Shown: positions 37,994 to 49,522, counted from the first letter of the stretch. The stretch: DNA of 64,000 nt from an uncultured Cryomorphaceae bacterium (GCA_963836915.1 CAWILH010000002.1:19010-83009), one strand, 5' to 3'. Notes: generated by a model from the letters alone, not told the origin. A program made the numbers and translations.

Positions 37994-38722
37994 TTATTTC
38001 ACTGCGATGATGCCGCAGAAGTTATACCATTTAAAAAATACGTCTACCAATCGGAACCCACAGTCTTTCAGCAGCTTCTTATTTTCTTCGAGCTTATAGG
38101 GGATCAGCACATTTTCCAGCGCTTCCCGCTTCTGCGAAATCTCCATATCGCTGTAATTATGCCGCCGTTTCATATCGTAATAATACTTAATAAAGAGACG
38201 GTTGAATAGAGAATCTTCGCCCAGTACTTTTTCGGTAAGGATGAGACATCCATTTTCGTTCATGCCATCATAAAGCTGCTGCACGAGCTGCTGCCGATAG
38301 AGCGGGCGTATGAATTGAAGCGTAAGGCAAAGGTTTACCACCGAAGCATTTTCTATCGAAATGCCTTCGTTCAGGTCGGCGTAATTCAATTCAAAATCGC
38401 GGGTCACTCCGCTCTCGTGCATTTTGTTCTCGCATTTTTTCAACATTTCTCTTGAGTCATCGAGCCCGATGAACTTTACACCTTGGTCTACGGTCTTGTC
38501 GAGTAGCAAGAGGGATGCACCGGTAGAGCATCCGAGGTCGTAAAGATTACTTCCGTATACGGCAAAGTCTTTTCCAATCTCGGCAATCATACGTTGTATT
38601 TCGGCATAGAATGGAACCGATCGCCCCACCATGTCGTCAAAAACAGTGACTACTTCGCTTCCAAATTTGAAGTCGGAAGCTTCGCGGGGCTGGTTAAAGA
38701 CTTTATCTTCATTAAGATCCAT
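37994..38722 (-). CDS. cmoA: Carboxy-S-adenosyl-L-methionine synthase-like
   Basis: F.F...V..VFDDMV.RSVPFY, YDLGCSTG, TLQFIRP..R, KREALENVL motifs. Confidence 0.85.
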   Translation of the reverse strand: MDLNEDKVFNQPREASDFKFGSEVVTVFDDMVGRSVPFYAEIQRMIAEIGKDFAVYGSNLYDLGCSTGASLLLLDKTVDQGVKFIGLDDSREMLKKCENKMHESGVTRDFELNYADLNEGISIENASVVNLCLTLQFIRPLYRQQLVQQLYDGMNENGCLILTEKVLGEDSLFNRLFIKYYYDMKRRHNYSDMEISQKREALENVLIPYKLEENKKLLKDCGFRLVDVFFKWYNFCGIIAVK

Positions 38723-38960
38723 ATTCGAAATTTTTGCGTGAATTGCTCTGATTTTTGACGAAGAAACCAAGCTTTTATGGGTTTCATGGACAAAGAAGCG
38801 CGAAAGTTATAATTATTTACGGAAGGGTAGCCCCTAATATTTTAATCGAAAGCCGTTTGGGTAAGTCAAGGCTGCCCGAAAGAGATCAAATGATCCACGA
38901 GTGGAAGAATTATATTGATTACTATCCATCGAATCGCTTTGAGAGTTCTATTTTCGCCTT

Positions 38961-39371
38961 ATGGAAATGAGCGTAAGCATTAATCAATTGGATCAAAACA
39001 ACCATTTTGAAGCTAGGGGTGCACAGGGTAGCACCGTGGCTATTGACGGGAGTGAAGCGCATAAAGGGATGCGCCCCATGGAATTATTGCTCACTGCAGT
39101 AGGCAGCTGCGCCGCATTTGACGTGGTGCACATTCTAAAAAAGCAAAAAATCGAACCCGAGGGGCTCAAAGTAGATGTGAGCGGCTCTCGGGTAGAAGAA
39201 GGTGATGCCAAGCCATTTAAGGCAATCCATATCGTTTTTACTTTGAAGGGAACGATAGATGAAGGCAAGGCGCAGCGCGCGGTAAAATTGGCTGTTGAGA
39301 AATACTGTTCGGTGGCCGAGACACTCGATAGGGCCGTGAAAATAAGCTTTGACCTTAAACTTGAAGCGTAG
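38961..39371 (+). CDS. OsmC/YhfA family protein
   Basis: PMELLL..VGSC and EKYCSV motifs. Confidence 0.9.
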   Translation: MEMSVSINQLDQNNHFEARGAQGSTVAIDGSEAHKGMRPMELLLTAVGSCAAFDVVHILKKQKIEPEGLKVDVSGSRVEEGDAKPFKAIHIVFTLKGTIDEGKAQRAVKLAVEKYCSVAETLDRAVKISFDLKLEA

Positions 39372-39398
39372 AAAAAGGTTGAATAGCGGTAATCTGTT

Positions 39399-40247
39399 TT
39401 GCCATTTACAAAGCCCATTATGGATGAATTTTTTCTAACAGAACTCTACAAGAAAAATCAAAGCTGCGCATCTTGCCCTTCCGAGGCTCAGGTTTCGAGT
39501 TTTTTACACGGGCTGCTGGCCATGCTTTTTCCCAATTTTGATAAGCGGTCTTTTGGGTCATTCGAAGATTTTCAGGCTTTTAGTAGATCGCTAAGGGTAG
39601 AGTTATTGGCGCTCGTTAAAGGCAGCGGGCTCACAGCGAATGAAAAGGCAGAAACTGCGGTTGCTGAATTTTTCAATGTGCTGCCTTCTGTGAGCGAAAA
39701 GTTGCAGCAAGATGTGGAAGCAATGTTTCAGGGCGACCCGGCGGCAAAATCCCAAATAGAGATTATCCGCACCTATCCCGGGTTCTATGCCATCGCGGCC
39801 TACCGCATAGCCCATCAACTGACCGTGCTCGGCATTCCGCTCCTTCCGCGCACTATCGCCGAATTGGCGCATACCCGTACAGGGATCGACATCCATCCCG
39901 GCGCCACCATAGGCCTACATTTCTGTATAGATCACGGCACCGGAGTGGTGATCGGTGAGACGACTACCATAGGCAATAATGTAAAGATCTACCAAGGTGT
40001 CACCCTAGGTGGGCTCAGCGTAGATAAGGCCGATGCGCTAAAAAAACGCCACCCAACGATAGAAGATGATGTGGTGATCTATGCCGGCGCGACCATTCTG
40101 GGCGGCGAAACTGTAATAGGCCGCAACTCGGTGATCGGGGGCAATGTATGGCTCACCCGCAGTGTGCCCCCGGGCACGAAGGTCTATTATAAGGCGGCGC
40201 TCACCAATAACGATGGTGAGACGGACATTATAGAATTCAAATCATGA
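39399..40247 (+). CDS. cysE: Serine O-acetyltransferase
   Basis: [31 protein letters not shown] hexapeptide repeats; adjacent to cysteine synthase. Confidence 0.92.
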   Translation: MPFTKPIMDEFFLTELYKKNQSCASCPSEAQVSSFLHGLLAMLFPNFDKRSFGSFEDFQAFSRSLRVELLALVKGSGLTANEKAETAVAEFFNVLPSVSEKLQQDVEAMFQGDPAAKSQIEIIRTYPGFYAIAAYRIAHQLTVLGIPLLPRTIAELAHTRTGIDIHPGATIGLHFCIDHGTGVVIGETTTIGNNVKIYQGVTLGGLSVDKADALKKRHPTIEDDVVIYAGATILGGETVIGRNSVIGGNVWLTRSVPPGTKVYYKAALTNNDGETDIIEFKS

Positions 40248-41128
40248 ATATAATCGATCTGATCGGCAATACGCCGCTGGTAGAAATCAAGAATATTTGG
40301 CAGAAGCCCGGCATCAGGCTCTACGGCAAACTAGAAGGCCATAATCCCGGTGGTAGTGTGAAAGACCGCGCCGCTTATGGGATGCTGCGGGGAGCACTCG
40401 ATCGCGGTGACATTAAGAAAGGCGATAAATTAATAGAAGCGACCAGTGGAAATACCGGTATTGCCCTAGCCATGATAGCGGGGCAGCTGGGGCTGAAAAT
40501 GACCCTTATAATGCCCGAGAGTGCCACCGAGGAGCGAAAACAGTGTATGCGTGCTTTTGGCGCCAAGCTCATCCTTACGCCCGAAGCTGGCACCATAGAA
40601 TACTCACGCACCTTGGCGCAGGAGATGTCGGAGAAAGAAGACTATTTCATGCTCGATCAATTCTCAAATGACGATAATTGGAAGATGCACTACCGCACCA
40701 CAGGGCCGGAGATATGGAAGGATACCGATGGAAAAGTCACCCATTTCGTAAGCTCCATGGGCACCACGGGAACGATCATGGGCGTGTCCCGATTTCTGAA
40801 AGAGCAGAATCGCGACGTGCGGATTATCGGAACCCAGCCGAAAGAAGGCTCCCGGATACCGGGCATCCGAAGGTGGTCACCCGAATTTCTGCCCAAGATA
40901 TTTGAATCCAGCAGAGTAGATCGCACCATAGAAGTAAGTGCCGACGAGGCCGCTACGATGGCACGCCGACTGGCGCGCGAAGAAGGGGTTTTCTCTGGTA
41001 TGAGCAGCGGCGGGGCGCTAACCGCTGCTATCAAGTTGGCCGAAAATATAGATACCGCCACCATCGTATTTATCGTTTGTGATCGCGGCGATCGCTACCT
41101 AAGCTCAGGACTCTTCGATGCCGATTAG
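40244..41128 (+). CDS. cysM: Cysteine synthase B
   Basis: [14 protein letters not shown] (PLP Lys), [21 protein letters not shown]. Confidence 0.92.
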   Translation: MNIIDLIGNTPLVEIKNIWQKPGIRLYGKLEGHNPGGSVKDRAAYGMLRGALDRGDIKKGDKLIEATSGNTGIALAMIAGQLGLKMTLIMPESATEERKQCMRAFGAKLILTPEAGTIEYSRTLAQEMSEKEDYFMLDQFSNDDNWKMHYRTTGPEIWKDTDGKVTHFVSSMGTTGTIMGVSRFLKEQNRDVRIIGTQPKEGSRIPGIRRWSPEFLPKIFESSRVDRTIEVSADEAATMARRLAREEGVFSGMSSGGALTAAIKLAENIDTATIVFIVCDRGDRYLSSGLFDAD

Positions 41129-41657
41129 GCAAGAGGATATCATCACGCATAGCCATAAGCTCCCTGTTGGTGAGTTGATCATGGGGTCTCTAGATCGCGA
41201 GCTCTGTATTTGTGATTGGCGTTACCGTGCAAAGCGCGAAGCCATAGACCGTCGGTTGCAAGATGCCAGCGGCCGGTGTTTTAAAACCGGTAGTAGCGAA
41301 GTGATCGAGGAAGGCATCGCACAGCTCGCGGAATATTTTGCTGGGCAGCGGCAGGAATTTACGATTGCGCTGCGGCCCATCGGTACCGATTTTCAAAAGA
41401 AGGTTTGGAAAGCACTGCGTGCCATTCCATTTGGTAAAACCATCACCTACGCCGGGCTTGCATCGTCCATGAATAGTAGCAGCGCCATTCGGGCGGTCGC
41501 TGCGGCCAATGGAGCCAATGCGCTTTCGATTTTCATTCCCTGCCATAGGGTCATAGGCAGCCAGGGAAAATTGGTGGGATATGCCGGCGGCCTTTCGGCA
41601 AAGAAAATTCTGCTGGAACTGGAAGGATCAGCAAATCAGATGGAGCTGGAGTTTTGA
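41118..41657 (+). CDS. ogt: Methylated-DNA--protein-cysteine methyltransferase
   Basis: GTDFQKKVW and IPCHRVI motifs. Confidence 0.93.
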   Translation: MPIRQEDIITHSHKLPVGELIMGSLDRELCICDWRYRAKREAIDRRLQDASGRCFKTGSSEVIEEGIAQLAEYFAGQRQEFTIALRPIGTDFQKKVWKALRAIPFGKTITYAGLASSMNSSSAIRAVAAANGANALSIFIPCHRVIGSQGKLVGYAGGLSAKKILLELEGSANQMELEF

Positions 41658-41667
41658 TGAATTGGGT

Positions 41668-42406
41668 TCATGCCTTCCCATTCCAAATTTTCCAACTTTC
41701 TTCCGCTTGGATGTTGAGCATGCTCAAGCCATTGATAGCCGTGGCTCCCATTTTTCTGCCTTCGGCCATAAATTTTGTCTCCGCAGGATTATAAATCAGC
41801 TCATAGAGCAGGTGCGCTTCGCTGAGGTGCTGGTAGGGCAGGGCGGGAGCTTCGTCTACGCTCGGGTAGGTACCCACGGGGCTCGTATTTACGATGAGTC
41901 TAAAAGCCTTCATCGCATTGGCATTTAAATCTTTATAGCTCAACTGGTTGGGCTTTGAAGGGGTCCGGCTCACGAAGGTGGTGCCAAGGCCTAATTGCTC
42001 AAGCACGTACGCTACCGCCTTCGAAGCACCGCCCGTGCCAAGTATGATCTGCCCTTTCCATACCATGCGTTAGGAAGGGTTTCAGGCTATTGCCAAAGCC
42101 AATCACATCGGTGTTGAAACCAAACTTTCGTCCTTCCGATATTTTGATGGTATTGACCGCCCCAATAGCCGCGGCTACGGGGTCAACTTCGTCGAGAAAA
42201 GGAATGATCTCTTCCTTATACGGGATGGTAACATTGAGACCGTGGAGATTGGGATTTTCTTCAAAAACAGTATTGAGATCAACTATTTCGGCCAACTCAA
42301 AATTGGAATATTTTGCGTCAATGCCTTCTTTTTCAAATTTTTTCTCAAAAAAAACCTTAGAGAAGGAGTAGCCCAGCGTTTGGCCGATAAGGCCATACTC
42401 AAGCAT
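41668..42406 (-). CDS. aroE: Shikimate dehydrogenase; frameshift near 42055
   Basis: YSFS, NVTIPYK, GAVNT, NTD, ILGTGGA, NTSPVG and LIYNP motifs split over two ORFs. Confidence 0.92.
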
Positions 42407-43349
42407 CGGTAGATTTTTTGGCTGCAAAGCGATCTAGAAAATACAGCAGCGCCGCCCCGATCAAGGTCATAAGTAAGGCCAGCCCCAGCTGCGATGGCTC
42501 GCCTGTGATGTCTACATAGTTATGCGGAAGCACATTCTCTTCTACGATGGGTATGGTCTTCTCATTGGCTTCGCCGGCGTGTTTGGTCACAGCTTCCAAA
42601 ACGTTCTTCCAGGGCCATATTTTGTTGAGAGAGCCGAGGAGAAATCCGGCCAGGAGCGCAGTGGTAAGATCGTGATACCGCTTGAACATAAACTTAAGGA
42701 AGCGGCTGAAAACTAGCAGACCGGAGATGCAGCCGAGCATAAATATTCCGATCGATTGCACGTCGCGGTCATTCACAGCATTGAGAATAGTGAAATAAGA
42801 CCCCAGCAAGATTAGGATGAAGCTCCCAGAAATGCCCGGTAAAATCATGGCGCAGATTGCGATAGAACCGCTTAAAAACAGGTACCATTGCGAGCCGGGT
42901 TCTGTGACGGGTGGCAGGTCAGTGATAAGCCAAGCTATGATGGCGCCAGCTATAAATGCGAAGTAGCGAGAGCCGGTCCACGTATGCACCCTTCTGGCTA
43001 CCAGCGGAATACTTCCGATAATGAGCCCAAAGAAAAAAGACCAAGTGGGTATGGCTTCCGACTCAAGCAGGAAGCTGATGAGCTTGGCGAGTGAAAAGAT
43101 ACTTATGGCGATACCCAAGAACAGGGCGAGGATAAAATTTCCGTTTATGGCCTTCCAAAATACTTTTGGCCCCTTGCTGAAAAGCAAACCGATGGTCTGA
43201 AAATTAACCCCGCTAATGGTCTCAATAAGCTCTTCGTAAATACCAGTGATAAAGGCAATGGTGCCGCCACTTACACCGGGCACCACATCTGCCGCGCCCA
43301 TGCCTACGCCCTTAAGGCTTAGGAGCGCGTAATCTTTGATGGATCGCAT
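42399..43349 (-). CDS. DUF368 membrane protein (undecaprenyl-phosphate translocase family)
   Basis: MGAADVVPGVSGGTIA and MILPGISGS repeated motifs. Confidence 0.92.
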   Translation of the reverse strand: MRSIKDYALLSLKGVGMGAADVVPGVSGGTIAFITGIYEELIETISGVNFQTIGLLFSKGPKVFWKAINGNFILALFLGIAISIFSLAKLISFLLESEAIPTWSFFFGLIIGSIPLVARRVHTWTGSRYFAFIAGAIIAWLITDLPPVTEPGSQWYLFLSGSIAICAMILPGISGSFILILLGSYFTILNAVNDRDVQSIGIFMLGCISGLLVFSRFLKFMFKRYHDLTTALLAGFLLGSLNKIWPWKNVLEAVTKHAGEANEKTIPIVEENVLPHNYVDITGEPSQLGLALLMTLIGAALLYFLDRFAAKKSTDA

Positions 43350-43667
43350 CTAGACTACTTCTATGGATGAGTCAATATCTTTGGCCCAAGCCGTAATGCC
43401 ACCCGTTAGGTTGTGGAGATTGCTATAATCTTTTTGTCCTTCCAGCGCCGTGATCGCAGCAGCAGAGCGGGCTCCACTACGGCAGTGGATCACCACTGCA
43501 CAGTCTTTCCTAATCTCATCAGCGCGCTCTATTATCTCGGCCATGGGGATATGGTGGCCGCCGATGGTTCCGGCTTCCACTTCATGGATTTCACGCACAT
43601 CTATGAGTTGATGTGGAGTGCGGTCGTCGCGCATTTTTTTCAATTCTGCTGGACTAATATTGTTCAT
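43350..43667 (-). CDS. Rhodanese-like domain protein
   Basis: LIDVRE, HCRSGARS and NLTGGI motifs. Start at ATG 43667. Confidence 0.9.
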   Translation of the reverse strand: MNNISPAELKKMRDDRTPHQLIDVREIHEVEAGTIGGHHIPMAEIIERADEIRKDCAVVIHCRSGARSAAAITALEGQKDYSNLHNLTGGITAWAKDIDSSIEVV

Positions 43668-43678
43668 GGGTTCAAGTT

Positions 43679-44464
43679 CTAAGGACGGAACACTTCGCTC
43701 ATTTCTGCGGGGAGATGTTCGAAAAAGGTATCTCCGCGCAGGCCTATTCGCAGGGTTTCCAGTGGAATGACATCGCTTGGAGCTATATTTCCCAGATTTA
43801 CGTTGGCGCCTATCAGCTTGATGAACCATACCTGCTGTGTTTTTTGGGGGGCTTCCCAGATGATGTCTTCTGATCTAACCTTAGACAGGATTTTATTTAC
43901 CAGCAGCACATGGGCCGTTCCATTGGGGCGGTAGATCCCCACATTTCCGCTTTCACGTGCCTCGGCGATCACTTTCCAAGAACCTGCGCGCAGCTCGGTA
44001 TCCATCATTTTCACCCATTTGCCTGGGGCTATGAGTATTCCTTCTTCTTTTGAGCCTACTTCAGAAAGTACCGTAAAATCTTTGGCCAAGGTAGCGATGT
44101 ACTCTAATTTTTGATCGTGGGGCAGGTGTATGCTTCCATCCGATACTTCTACCATTCCCAAGTCGAGATCGGAGAGCAGTTTTCGGAAGGCATCAAACAT
44201 ATTTCGGGCGACGAATGCTTCAAATAGTGTTCCCCCAAGGTAGACCCGCAAATCGTGGGCGTGGTAAAGTTTTATTTTTTCCTTGAGATTTTTGGTGAGA
44301 TAGGACGTACCAAAACCCAATTTTACAAGATCTGTAAGCTCTTCGTTGGCATCAATAAAAGATTCTGCTTCGCTGATGCTCAAGCCTTTATCCATCACCA
44401 TAGTTTGACCATTGGATCGCGGTCTCACCGTTCGCTCTGGGAGAAAAGGGAGTTCAAAATTCAT
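43679..44464 (-). CDS. comA: Phosphosulfolactate synthase family
   Basis: KPR..G.TMVMDKG-like N-terminus, KLGFGT, VEVSDG, EVGSK, IAEARESG, NLGNI. Confidence 0.9.
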   Translation of the reverse strand: MNFELPFLPERTVRPRSNGQTMVMDKGLSISEAESFIDANEELTDLVKLGFGTSYLTKNLKEKIKLYHAHDLRVYLGGTLFEAFVARNMFDAFRKLLSDLDLGMVEVSDGSIHLPHDQKLEYIATLAKDFTVLSEVGSKEEGILIAPGKWVKMMDTELRAGSWKVIAEARESGNVGIYRPNGTAHVLLVNKILSKVRSEDIIWEAPQKTQQVWFIKLIGANVNLGNIAPSDVIPLETLRIGLRGDTFFEHLPAEMSEVFRP

Positions 44465-44465
44465 C

Positions 44466-45881
44466 TTAGCTTTTGGCTTGTGTGTATAATTCAATTAAGG
44501 CCACAATATTGGGAAATTGAATTGATTCAGGAAAGATGTTCAAGAAATACTTACTCCCTTCGGGTTGTTTATGAAGGCAGTCGGTTAGCAGTTCGGCGGC
44601 ATTTTCTAGCTCGCCCCTTTGCAGCAGCAGCTTTACGATATGCCAGTGCAGGTCTTGGGCTTCCTTCACCGTTGCGATCCCATCCTTTAGGGCTTGTATG
44701 CCTTCGCCGATATTATAAAGCATCACCTTGACTTCAGATAGGGCGATCCAAATCTCTTCGTCGCTTTCAAAATTTTCTGACATGTGGAGATAAGCCTGCT
44801 CTGCTTCCCGCAAATAACCCGCTTTTACCAAGGTCTCGGCATATATATGCCAATTGTCCATGTTAAGCTCGTCATAATCCAGCGCTTCCCGGTAAAGTTT
44901 AAGGCTGGCCGTGAAGTTGATTTCGTTTTCCCGTACTGCGCCTAGCCCCATCAAGGCATCCACGTATTTGGGATCGAGTGCCAAGGCGCGCATATAGTTT
45001 TTCTCTGCGTGATCCCAAGATTCGAGTCGCTCGTAGCATTCGCCGATAGCGGCATAGACCATTGGATTACTCTCATCGTGTAGCAGTGATTGTGTATAGG
45101 CGTCTATTGCAAGGCCATCTTCATCGCAGCTGGTATGCAGGTTTCCCTGAAGGATGAATGCATTTGTAAAATCATCTTTTATGGCAAGGCAAAAGCCGAC
45201 AGACTCTAGCGCTTTCTCAAAAAGCCCTAGCTTTTCGAAGCAGATGGCCAAATTATACCACCCTACAAAGCTGTATGGGTTTTCATTGAGATAGGCATTA
45301 AAATAGTCGACGCCCGTCTCTACGTCTTGCGCCATATCAAAGCAATAGCAAAGTTCAAATAGGCTGGCTTCGTGGTTGGGGTTGATTTCCAAAGATTGGA
45401 TAAGGCTCTGAATAGCACCTTCATAGTCTTCTACCATCTCTTGCTCAAAGGCTAGATCCAGAAAGATGTCTTCCTTATTTTCAGAAGAAGAGTTTAGCGC
45501 TTTCAAGAGACAAGACTTAGTGCCTTCATGGTCGCTAAGGTTGCGATGCACTACTGCCTTGAATAGGAGCATCTCGGTATTGGTAGGCTCGGCGGCTTCA
45601 AGAAAATCCAGGATCTCCATCGCCTTCCGGGGGCGCTTACCTATAAGCAGGGTCTGTGCCTTCTTCAGCAATAGCGCCGAGCTTTTTGGAAAGAGCTCAA
45701 GACCGTGGGTCACTGCTTTTCTCGCTTTTGCATGCATACCGATCTCCAGATAATGGTCGGCTAGGGCTTCTATCTCTTCAACATCAAAAAAATACGACTC
45801 TTTGGTACGAAGCATGTCTTCGAACTTTGTGATCAGGGCCGGATCGGACTCGTCAAAAAAATTGTTGGAATACTCTGTCAT
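44466..45881 (-). CDS. Tetratricopeptide repeat protein
   Basis: Multiple TPR-like helical repeats; N-terminal YFFDVEE motif. Confidence 0.9.
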   Translation of the reverse strand: MTEYSNNFFDESDPALITKFEDMLRTKESYFFDVEEIEALADHYLEIGMHAKARKAVTHGLELFPKSSALLLKKAQTLLIGKRPRKAMEILDFLEAAEPTNTEMLLFKAVVHRNLSDHEGTKSCLLKALNSSSENKEDIFLDLAFEQEMVEDYEGAIQSLIQSLEINPNHEASLFELCYCFDMAQDVETGVDYFNAYLNENPYSFVGWYNLAICFEKLGLFEKALESVGFCLAIKDDFTNAFILQGNLHTSCDEDGLAIDAYTQSLLHDESNPMVYAAIGECYERLESWDHAEKNYMRALALDPKYVDALMGLGAVRENEINFTASLKLYREALDYDELNMDNWHIYAETLVKAGYLREAEQAYLHMSENFESDEEIWIALSEVKVMLYNIGEGIQALKDGIATVKEAQDLHWHIVKLLLQRGELENAAELLTDCLHKQPEGSKYFLNIFPESIQFPNIVALIELYTQAKS

Positions 45882-46475
45882 AGTTCGTTTTCGGTGCGGT
45901 CATTGTCAAATTTATGAAAAGCCGCACCCATTGGCCACTGGCAAAAAAATTGTTTTTAACAAGGAAATGCACAAAAGATCAATCCCGGTTTGCACAATCG
46001 CTATTGCTTAGGCTTTGCAAAGATACACTTTTATGAAAGTGAAGCGACAAGTCTTGTGGCTGGTCTCGAGACGCAAATCTCAAGTCGCTAACCGCGGGTC
46101 TAGTGTATTGAGCCGCAAGGGGAGAGTCTCAGGTATGAAGGGGTTGATAGGAGACGTGGTGAGGTGTAAACCCGCAGAAAAATTACAGGAATGGATCAGT
46201 TACCTGATGGAAATGTGGAGTTATAAATTGTGAAATTTTCTCAGATGAAGCGTCGACGGTTGTGAAGTGGCAAGGGCCATCGCAAGCAAGCAAGTTCTAT
46301 CCGTCGGTTGTTTTGTGTAAGCATTGAACGGAGATCATAGCTGGTGTGAAGGACGCAACTGCATTTTTTAAGTATCAATGCGCCGCGCGGTATCGGCCAG
46401 TGAGACAAGAATCCTAAGGATTTAAATTTCTCTCTATATTATGATAATTTTGCGGAAGCACTAAAAAACAAAAGC

Positions 46476-47864
46476 TTGACATTAATTAAATCTATTTCTG
46501 GTATCCGGGGCACTATTGGCGGAAGCCCTGGCGATAATCTCACGCCCATAGATATTGTAAAATTTGCTTCCGCTTACGGCAAAATGCTCGTTGATTCTAC
46601 TGGTAGTGACCGCTGCAGTGTGGTGATAGGGCGTGATGCACGGCCCAGTGGCCAGATGGTAAGCGAACTGATAAGCGCTACACTCGCTGGGCTGGGAGTA
46701 GATGTGATAGACCTTGGCCTAAGCACCACGCCTACGGTAGAGCTTGCCGTGCCGCACGAAGGTGCCACGGGGGGAATAATCATCACGGCCAGCCACAATC
46801 CGGTGCAGTGGAATGCGCTTAAATTGCTCAATGCCAAAGGGGAATTCATCTCGGACGCTGAAGGTAAAAAAGTGATAGCTCTTGCAGAATCGCTCGTCAT
46901 AGAATTTGCTCCGGTAGAGAAATTGGGTCATTACCGGGAAGAACCTTCGTATATTGATTTCCATATTAAGAAGGTGCTGGCCTATCCCTTGGTAGATGTG
47001 GATGCTATACGGAACGCAGATTTTAAAATAGCCGTAGATGCGGTAAACTCAAGCGGTGGTATAGCCGTGCCAGCGCTACTTAAAGCGCTGGGGGTGAATG
47101 ATGTGGTAGAGTTGTACTGCAAGCCTACGGGTATATTTCCGCATAATCCAGAGCCGCTGCCAGCACATTTAGTTGATCTTTGCGAAATGGTGAAGACCGA
47201 AAAATGCGATCTTGGTATTACGGTAGATCCTGATGTGGACCGCTTAGCTTTTGTGAGTGAAAATGGAGAAGTATTTGGCGAAGAATATACCCTCGTAGCC
47301 GTGGCCGATCTGGTGATGAGCCAGCGGAAGGGGGCCGCTGTATCCAATCTTTCATCTACACGCGCACTCAGCGATGTGGCAGCGTGGCATGGTGGCAGCT
47401 ATCGCGCATCGGCTGTAGGGGAAGTCAATGTAGTGGCTGCCATGAAAGAGACTAATGCCGTGATAGGCGGCGAGGGAAATGGTGGGGTGATCGTACCCGA
47501 TTTTCACTACGGGCGCGATGCCTTGATAGGGATCGGGCTCTTCCTTACCCATTTGGCAAATTTTAAAGGCACCGCTTCGGAGCTGAAAGCGACTTATCCG
47601 GCTTATGCGATCTCTAAAAATAAGGTAGCCCTCACGCCCGATCTTGATGTAGATGCGCTGCTGGAAGATGTGGCTCAAAAATTTTCGGAAGAGAAAGTGA
47701 ACCGGGTAGATGGGGTCAAAATAGATTTTAAATCTGGCTGGGTGCACCTGCGCAAGTCCAATACCGAACCCATCATCCGCATATACGCGGAGAGTGCTAC
47801 CGAGGCCGAAGCAAACGAACTGGCTGAGCGCGTGATACATGAGATAAGTGCTACAATTTCTTAA
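46476..47864 (+). CDS. glmM: Phosphoglucosamine mutase
   Basis: SISGIRG, TASHNP, DPDVDR, GGEGNGG, RKSNTEP..RIY. Confidence 0.93.
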   Translation: MTLIKSISGIRGTIGGSPGDNLTPIDIVKFASAYGKMLVDSTGSDRCSVVIGRDARPSGQMVSELISATLAGLGVDVIDLGLSTTPTVELAVPHEGATGGIIITASHNPVQWNALKLLNAKGEFISDAEGKKVIALAESLVIEFAPVEKLGHYREEPSYIDFHIKKVLAYPLVDVDAIRNADFKIAVDAVNSSGGIAVPALLKALGVNDVVELYCKPTGIFPHNPEPLPAHLVDLCEMVKTEKCDLGITVDPDVDRLAFVSENGEVFGEEYTLVAVADLVMSQRKGAAVSNLSSTRALSDVAAWHGGSYRASAVGEVNVVAAMKETNAVIGGEGNGGVIVPDFHYGRDALIGIGLFLTHLANFKGTASELKATYPAYAISKNKVALTPDLDVDALLEDVAQKFSEEKVNRVDGVKIDFKSGWVHLRKSNTEPIIRIYAESATEAEANELAERVIHEISATIS

Positions 47865-47885
47865 TTTTGCCTTTTCGATAATACT

Positions 47886-49022
47886 ATGAAAGCTTACCTT
47901 GATAATGCCGCCACCACTCCCGTAGCTCCCGAAGTGGTAGAAGCCATGTTGCCCTATCTCACCGAGCATTTTGGCAATCCTTCCAGCACGCACCAATTCG
48001 GCCGTAAGGTAAAGTCGGCAGTAGAGACGGCCCGTAAATCGATCGCAGCTCATCTCAACTGCTCGCCTATGGAGATCTGTTTTACATCGGGTGGAACCGA
48101 AGCAGATAATATGGCGATAAATGGAGCCATTAATGAGTTGGGCGTCAAGCATATCATATCTTCTGAGATTGAGCATCATGCCGTATTGAATACCGTAAAG
48201 CATTGCCATGCTAAAGAAGGGCTACAACTCAGCATGGTGCGGCTCAATGAATTGGGTCATATAGATTTGGCCCACCTTGAAGAGCTTCTGGCTAATGCCA
48301 ATGAAAAAACACTTGTTACGCTGATGCACGCCAATAATGAAGTGGGCACGATGCTCGATCTGGTCGAAATAGGACAGATCTGTGCAGCTCATGGCGCTTT
48401 TTTTCATTCCGATACGGTGCAGACGATGGGGCATTATTCTTTTGACCTTTTGCACACTCCCGTTCATTTCATTACCGGAGCGGCGCATAAATTTCACGGC
48501 CCGAAGGGTGTCGGGTTCCTTTATATTGATAAGTCGGTACATATCGGGCCGATGTCCTTTGGCGGAAGCCAAGAGAGACAGCTCAGGCCGGGCACTGAAA
48601 ATGTTTATGGCATCGTAGGAATGGCCAAGGCACTTGATCTGGCCTATGAAGATTTAGATAGCCATGCCAGCCACATCCTAGGCTTGAAGGGATATATGCG
48701 CGAGCGATTAAGTGAATTGCTGGATGGGGCGGTCACCAATGGATGCCAAGAACGATCGCTTTGCACGGTCTTGAATGTGCAATTTCCGCCCACCGATAAA
48801 GCGGCCATGTTGCTCTTCCTGCTCGATATAGATGGTATAGCCTGCTCTGGAGGAAGCGCTTGCTCCAGCGGCAGCAATCAAGGCAGCCATGTGTTGCGAT
48901 CACTCGGCACGGCCATGGACAGGCCTAGTATCCGGTTCTCATTCAGCCGATACACCACCCGGGAAGAGATAGATTTCGCCATTGATAAGGTGGTGGGACA
49001 TTTTCAAGGGGTTACAGTTTAG
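47886..49022 (+). CDS. Cysteine desulfurase (IscS/NifS class V)
   Basis: YLDNAATT, SGGTE, HANNE, AHKFHGPKG, SGGSACSS. Confidence 0.94.
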   Translation: MKAYLDNAATTPVAPEVVEAMLPYLTEHFGNPSSTHQFGRKVKSAVETARKSIAAHLNCSPMEICFTSGGTEADNMAINGAINELGVKHIISSEIEHHAVLNTVKHCHAKEGLQLSMVRLNELGHIDLAHLEELLANANEKTLVTLMHANNEVGTMLDLVEIGQICAAHGAFFHSDTVQTMGHYSFDLLHTPVHFITGAAHKFHGPKGVGFLYIDKSVHIGPMSFGGSQERQLRPGTENVYGIVGMAKALDLAYEDLDSHASHILGLKGYMRERLSELLDGAVTNGCQERSLCTVLNVQFPPTDKAAMLLFLLDIDGIACSGGSACSSGSNQGSHVLRSLGTAMDRPSIRFSFSRYTTREEIDFAIDKVVGHFQGVTV

Positions 49023-49032
49023 GTTTTGGGTT

Positions 49033-49067
49033 TTGAGCCTTGAGCCTTGAGCCTTGAGCCTTGAGTT
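49033..49067. repeat. 7-mer tandem repeat (TTGAGCC)x4 plus a partial copy
   Basis: Perfect copies at 49033, 49040, 49047 and 49054. Confidence 0.9.
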
Positions 49068-49453
49068 ATTTGTTTTTGGTTATTTTAAAACTTTTTCGAT
49101 GAGCGGAGCGAACATAGAATAAGCTCACTTTTGGCTATTGACACTTGAGAAACTGACTAAAAATTTCGGTATTTGGTTCTACGCATCAGCACCGTACCTT
49201 CGCATTCCTGTATTCTGAGAAGTACTTTTAGAAGTCACCCTCTAAAAATTCATCACACCTCTACTGTACCATTCCGAGAATAAATACGTTGAAAAAAACA
49301 ACGTACATACTTCAAAACCCCTTCCTGTCTAAAGATTTGAGCGCGACAAGATGCAATGGTGTGTTTATAGAAGATAGTGGTATTCTTCCTATTCAGAAAA
49401 GTAGCGTCTTACTCCATTTAAAAATTAAAAACTTCAGTACCACTTACCCTTGG

Positions 49454-49521
49454 CTCACCACTCACCACCCACCACTCACATCTCACCACTCAAAACTCAC
49501 AACTCACAACTCACAACTCAA
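49454..49521. repeat. Degenerate 7-mer tandem repeat (CTCACAA/CTCACCA)
   Basis: About 9-10 units directly past the stop of ORF 49523-50959. Confidence 0.85.
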
Positions 49522-49522
49522 A

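Noticed and set aside
45882-46475. Riboswitch or ncRNA in the long divergent intergenic region before glmM
   Set aside because: No recognisable conserved motif or convincing stem set; only degenerate short repeats.
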